Made by a program: the position numbers and the translations under genes. From positions 2,323 through 66,322 of the forward strand of contig CAYPPO010000001.1 of assembly GCA_964412625.1 (NCBI GenBank): a stretch of DNA of 64,000 bases, written 5' to 3'. This DNA is from an uncultured Candidatus Poseidoniales archaeon (GTDB lineage: Archaea; Thermoplasmatota; Poseidoniia; Poseidoniales; Poseidoniaceae). The notes below the pieces were generated by a model. It was given only the letters and a program-made list of their open reading frames with translations, made no database searches and was not told the DNA's origin. Shown one piece after another: positions 62,331-64,000 of this stretch (the stretch's first letter is position 1; every line of letters begins with the position of its first letter).

Positions 62331-63158
62331 ATGCTTGACCGTGAGACGTTAGCCATTGTTAGGCGCATCACTAGCGAGAAGCTAACATCGACTAGGATGC
62401 TAATAATGTTGCCAATTTTAGTTTTATTTATTCCCGGAATGGCTTGGGGTTTCTCTGAACCAGAAATTATGTTACCAGGAGGCGTCACTCCAAATAGCGT
62501 AATGGAGGTGATGTTTTACACTAGCCTAGGCGTGGTATTTGCTGGGACTATGGGTGGTGTTCTATTATCGTTTGATGGCATCAGCAAGGACCGCTTTAGT
62601 GGCGTCCTTGAGGTGAAATTATCCCAGCCAATGCCACGGCAAAAACAGTCAATTGGAATCGTCCTAGGACATTGGTTAGCAATCCTTGGTCCTGTTTCAG
62701 TGCTGTGGCTGATTTCGATTTTTATTGCCAGTTACCGGTTAGAAATGTCACCAGGAATTTTCGAAACCTTTGTTTCCTTTGTCGCCGTTGGGCTGATTTT
62801 ATTTTGGTATGTTGTGTTTAGTTTGATTGCCTCAACATATTCTAAAGATCAAGGAACTTCTGTTGCATTCGGGGTCGGTATGTGGTTCCTATTCACCTTT
62901 CTATGGGCGCTAGTGACCTCTATGGTTGCCTTTGCGTCAGGAGTGAATGTTGGGGAAGTTAATGACCAAAAGATGATACAAATCGAGGGGTTATTGGATT
63001 TATTGTCACCAAATGGGGTATTTCACCACTTGCTGGAAACCAACCTTGCTGACGTTGATAGAGGTGTTCCAAAAATCATCTCTTGGCTATCTGCACTGGT
63101 GTGGACGATGTTGCCTTGGTTGTGGTTCAAATCCCGCATGACAAAGATACAACCATAA
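62331..63158 (+). CDS. ABC-2-type permease (6 TM)
   Basis: Starts 1 nt after the ATPase stop. Six hydrophobic helices. No specific motif. Confidence 0.6.
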   Translation: MLDRETLAIVRRITSEKLTSTRMLIMLPILVLFIPGMAWGFSEPEIMLPGGVTPNSVMEVMFYTSLGVVFAGTMGGVLLSFDGISKDRFSGVLEVKLSQPMPRQKQSIGIVLGHWLAILGPVSVLWLISIFIASYRLEMSPGIFETFVSFVAVGLILFWYVVFSLIASTYSKDQGTSVAFGVGMWFLFTFLWALVTSMVAFASGVNVGEVNDQKMIQIEGLLDLLSPNGVFHHLLETNLADVDRGVPKIISWLSALVWTMLPWLWFKSRMTKIQP

Positions 63159-63218
63159 TAACAAAATTTTGATGATGTTATCCAAAGAGTATTAGACAAG
63201 CATTGCTTACCTCGTAGT

Positions 63219-64000
63219 ATGGCAGCAAGACGTTACTACGTTTCAGGCACAGCGATTATCATGCTAATTATGATGTTGATGATGAGTGTAAGCAACGGAA
63301 TTACCGCTCAAGAACTAACTACTAACGACCCCATGGAAACCGAAGGCAGACAAGATGGCTTGTCTGACGTTGATTGTTCAGGTTACACCTTTGAAGACCT
63401 ATTTGACTACAACTTCGCTCTATTTAACATCAACATAGGAGATGATTGGTCTACGGCAGAAATGAGTGCAACTGCGTATGTCAATGGCAGCAACTCGGCT
63501 ACTGTGAGAGAAAATCTTGACGGGCTATTTGAAGGCGCTCCTGGTGGAGCGAATGGCTGGATTAGTACCGATGAGCGTGAAGCGGTAAGAGAGATTGGAC
63601 CGATGTGCATAGAAGATATGGAAACCCGACTTGGCCTAAGAGAGGGTGTGCCGCACAGAACAGACAGCGGTGTTGATTGGAATGACATGGAGTTCGTGGA
63701 GGAAGGAATAGCCCTCGATGAGGTTGATCTAGTTGCCCCTAACCACCCAGAAGAGAGATCTTGTACCAATTTTGGTGCCAACCCAGACTGCAAAGAAATT
63801 CCAGTTTATGCAACCGATGATTTACAAATCAGTCTGTTTGTCAAGAATGGCGAAAGCAACAATATGAGGTTTGATCAGTTGCCCAACAAAGGCGTGTCTG
63901 ATTTCACCCTTGCATTAAATGTAACAAACATGACAAATGCTGATTTAGTGTTGACATTCCCTGCCCTACAGGGTCTAAGAATCGCCGATTATGCCATGGA
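63219..64000 (+). CDS. Secreted acidic protein, N-terminal part (continues beyond the window)
   Basis: Not in the ORF track (no stop). My translation from ATG 63219 stays open to the window end: MAARRYYVSGTAIIMLIMMLMMSVSNGITAQELTTNDP..DCSGYTFEDLFDY..ERSCTNFGANPDCKEIPVY.. The antisense track ORF 63407-63793 is therefore spurious. Confidence 0.55.
   Translation, partial: MAARRYYVSGTAIIMLIMMLMMSVSNGITAQELTTNDPMETEGRQDGLSDVDCSGYTFEDLFDYNFALFNINIGDDWSTAEMSATAYVNGSNSATVRENLDGLFEGAPGGANGWISTDEREAVREIGPMCIEDMETRLGLREGVPHRTDSGVDWNDMEFVEEGIALDEVDLVAPNHPEERSCTNFGANPDCKEIPVYATDDLQISLFVKNGESNNMRFDQLPNKGVSDFTLALNVTNMTNADLVLTFPALQGLRIADYAM

Noticed and set aside
63407-63793. 128-aa minus-strand ORF
   Set aside because: It is fully antisense to a longer open frame (63219-64000, +) that has a clear signal peptide and acidic, protein-like composition.
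1-64000. tRNA/rRNA genes, CRISPR arrays, transposases/integrases, prophage or defence-system genes
   Set aside because: No intergenic gap exceeds ~150 nt and none folds into an obvious cloverleaf by eye. No repeat-spacer arrays were seen. No ORF shows DDE, tyrosine- or serine-recombinase, Cas, restriction-modification or toxin-antitoxin motifs. tRNAscan-SE, Infernal and defence-finder scans are still advisable.

Overview
This 64 kb window is gene-dense and AT-rich. I count about 58 protein genes, and intergenic gaps are mostly under 150 nt. I found no rRNA, tRNA, CRISPR array, transposase or integrase. I infer the source is a marine planktonic euryarchaeon resembling Marine Group II / Poseidoniales. 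Archaea-specific genes (rpoK, purP, the ADH-synthase/DHQ-synthase-II shikimate entry, GHMP-type shikimate kinase, ribL, PGF-CTERM-like anchors) sit beside typically bacterial genes (gpsA, a PlsC-like acyltransferase, orn, ribE, kynA).

Main blocks, in order:
- 1-1873: heme A synthase (truncated by the window edge) divergent from a membrane thioredoxin.
- 1939-4546: rpoK, kynA and purP.
- 4547-6358: a membrane-anchored protein in which a charged helical rod plus a beta-domain is duplicated in tandem.
- 6477-11643: aroA'-aroB'-shikimate kinase-aroC-aspartokinase operon.
- 11646-22202: one minus-strand array. A CoxS/L/M-like molybdo-flavoenzyme whose FAD subunit carries a Cys-rich insert is followed by a secreted CARDB-like protein. 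A DUF4350-like / MoxR / DUF58 / membrane-protein module comes next.
- 22262-30580: the acyltransferase, two S8 proteases, a DUF2071-DCC fusion, orn, xdhC and mocA.
- 30605-45293: a long minus-strand run. It holds ACAD, a CaCA exchanger, an IPMDH-family enzyme, a fused E1 alpha/beta and DedA. It continues with a receiver domain whose acceptor Asp is Glu, UbaA/MoeB-rhodanese and trxB. It ends with an N-acyl-synthase-like GNAT fused to a PLP aminotransferase, and ribH-ribE-ribL-ribB.
- 45432-52091: nfo-like endonuclease, gpsA and a Phn-type ABC system interrupted by a sorbosone-dehydrogenase-like gene.
- 52155-60242: a putative iron/heme acquisition island. It contains a HugZ-like protein, flavodoxin, a FecCD-type ABC transporter, a 772-aa surface protein and an uncharacterised lipoprotein followed by a 13-bp-stem hairpin.
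- 60322-64000: an ABC-2 pair with flanking membrane and secreted proteins.

All family calls rest on motif recognition by eye. No database search or computation was possible.
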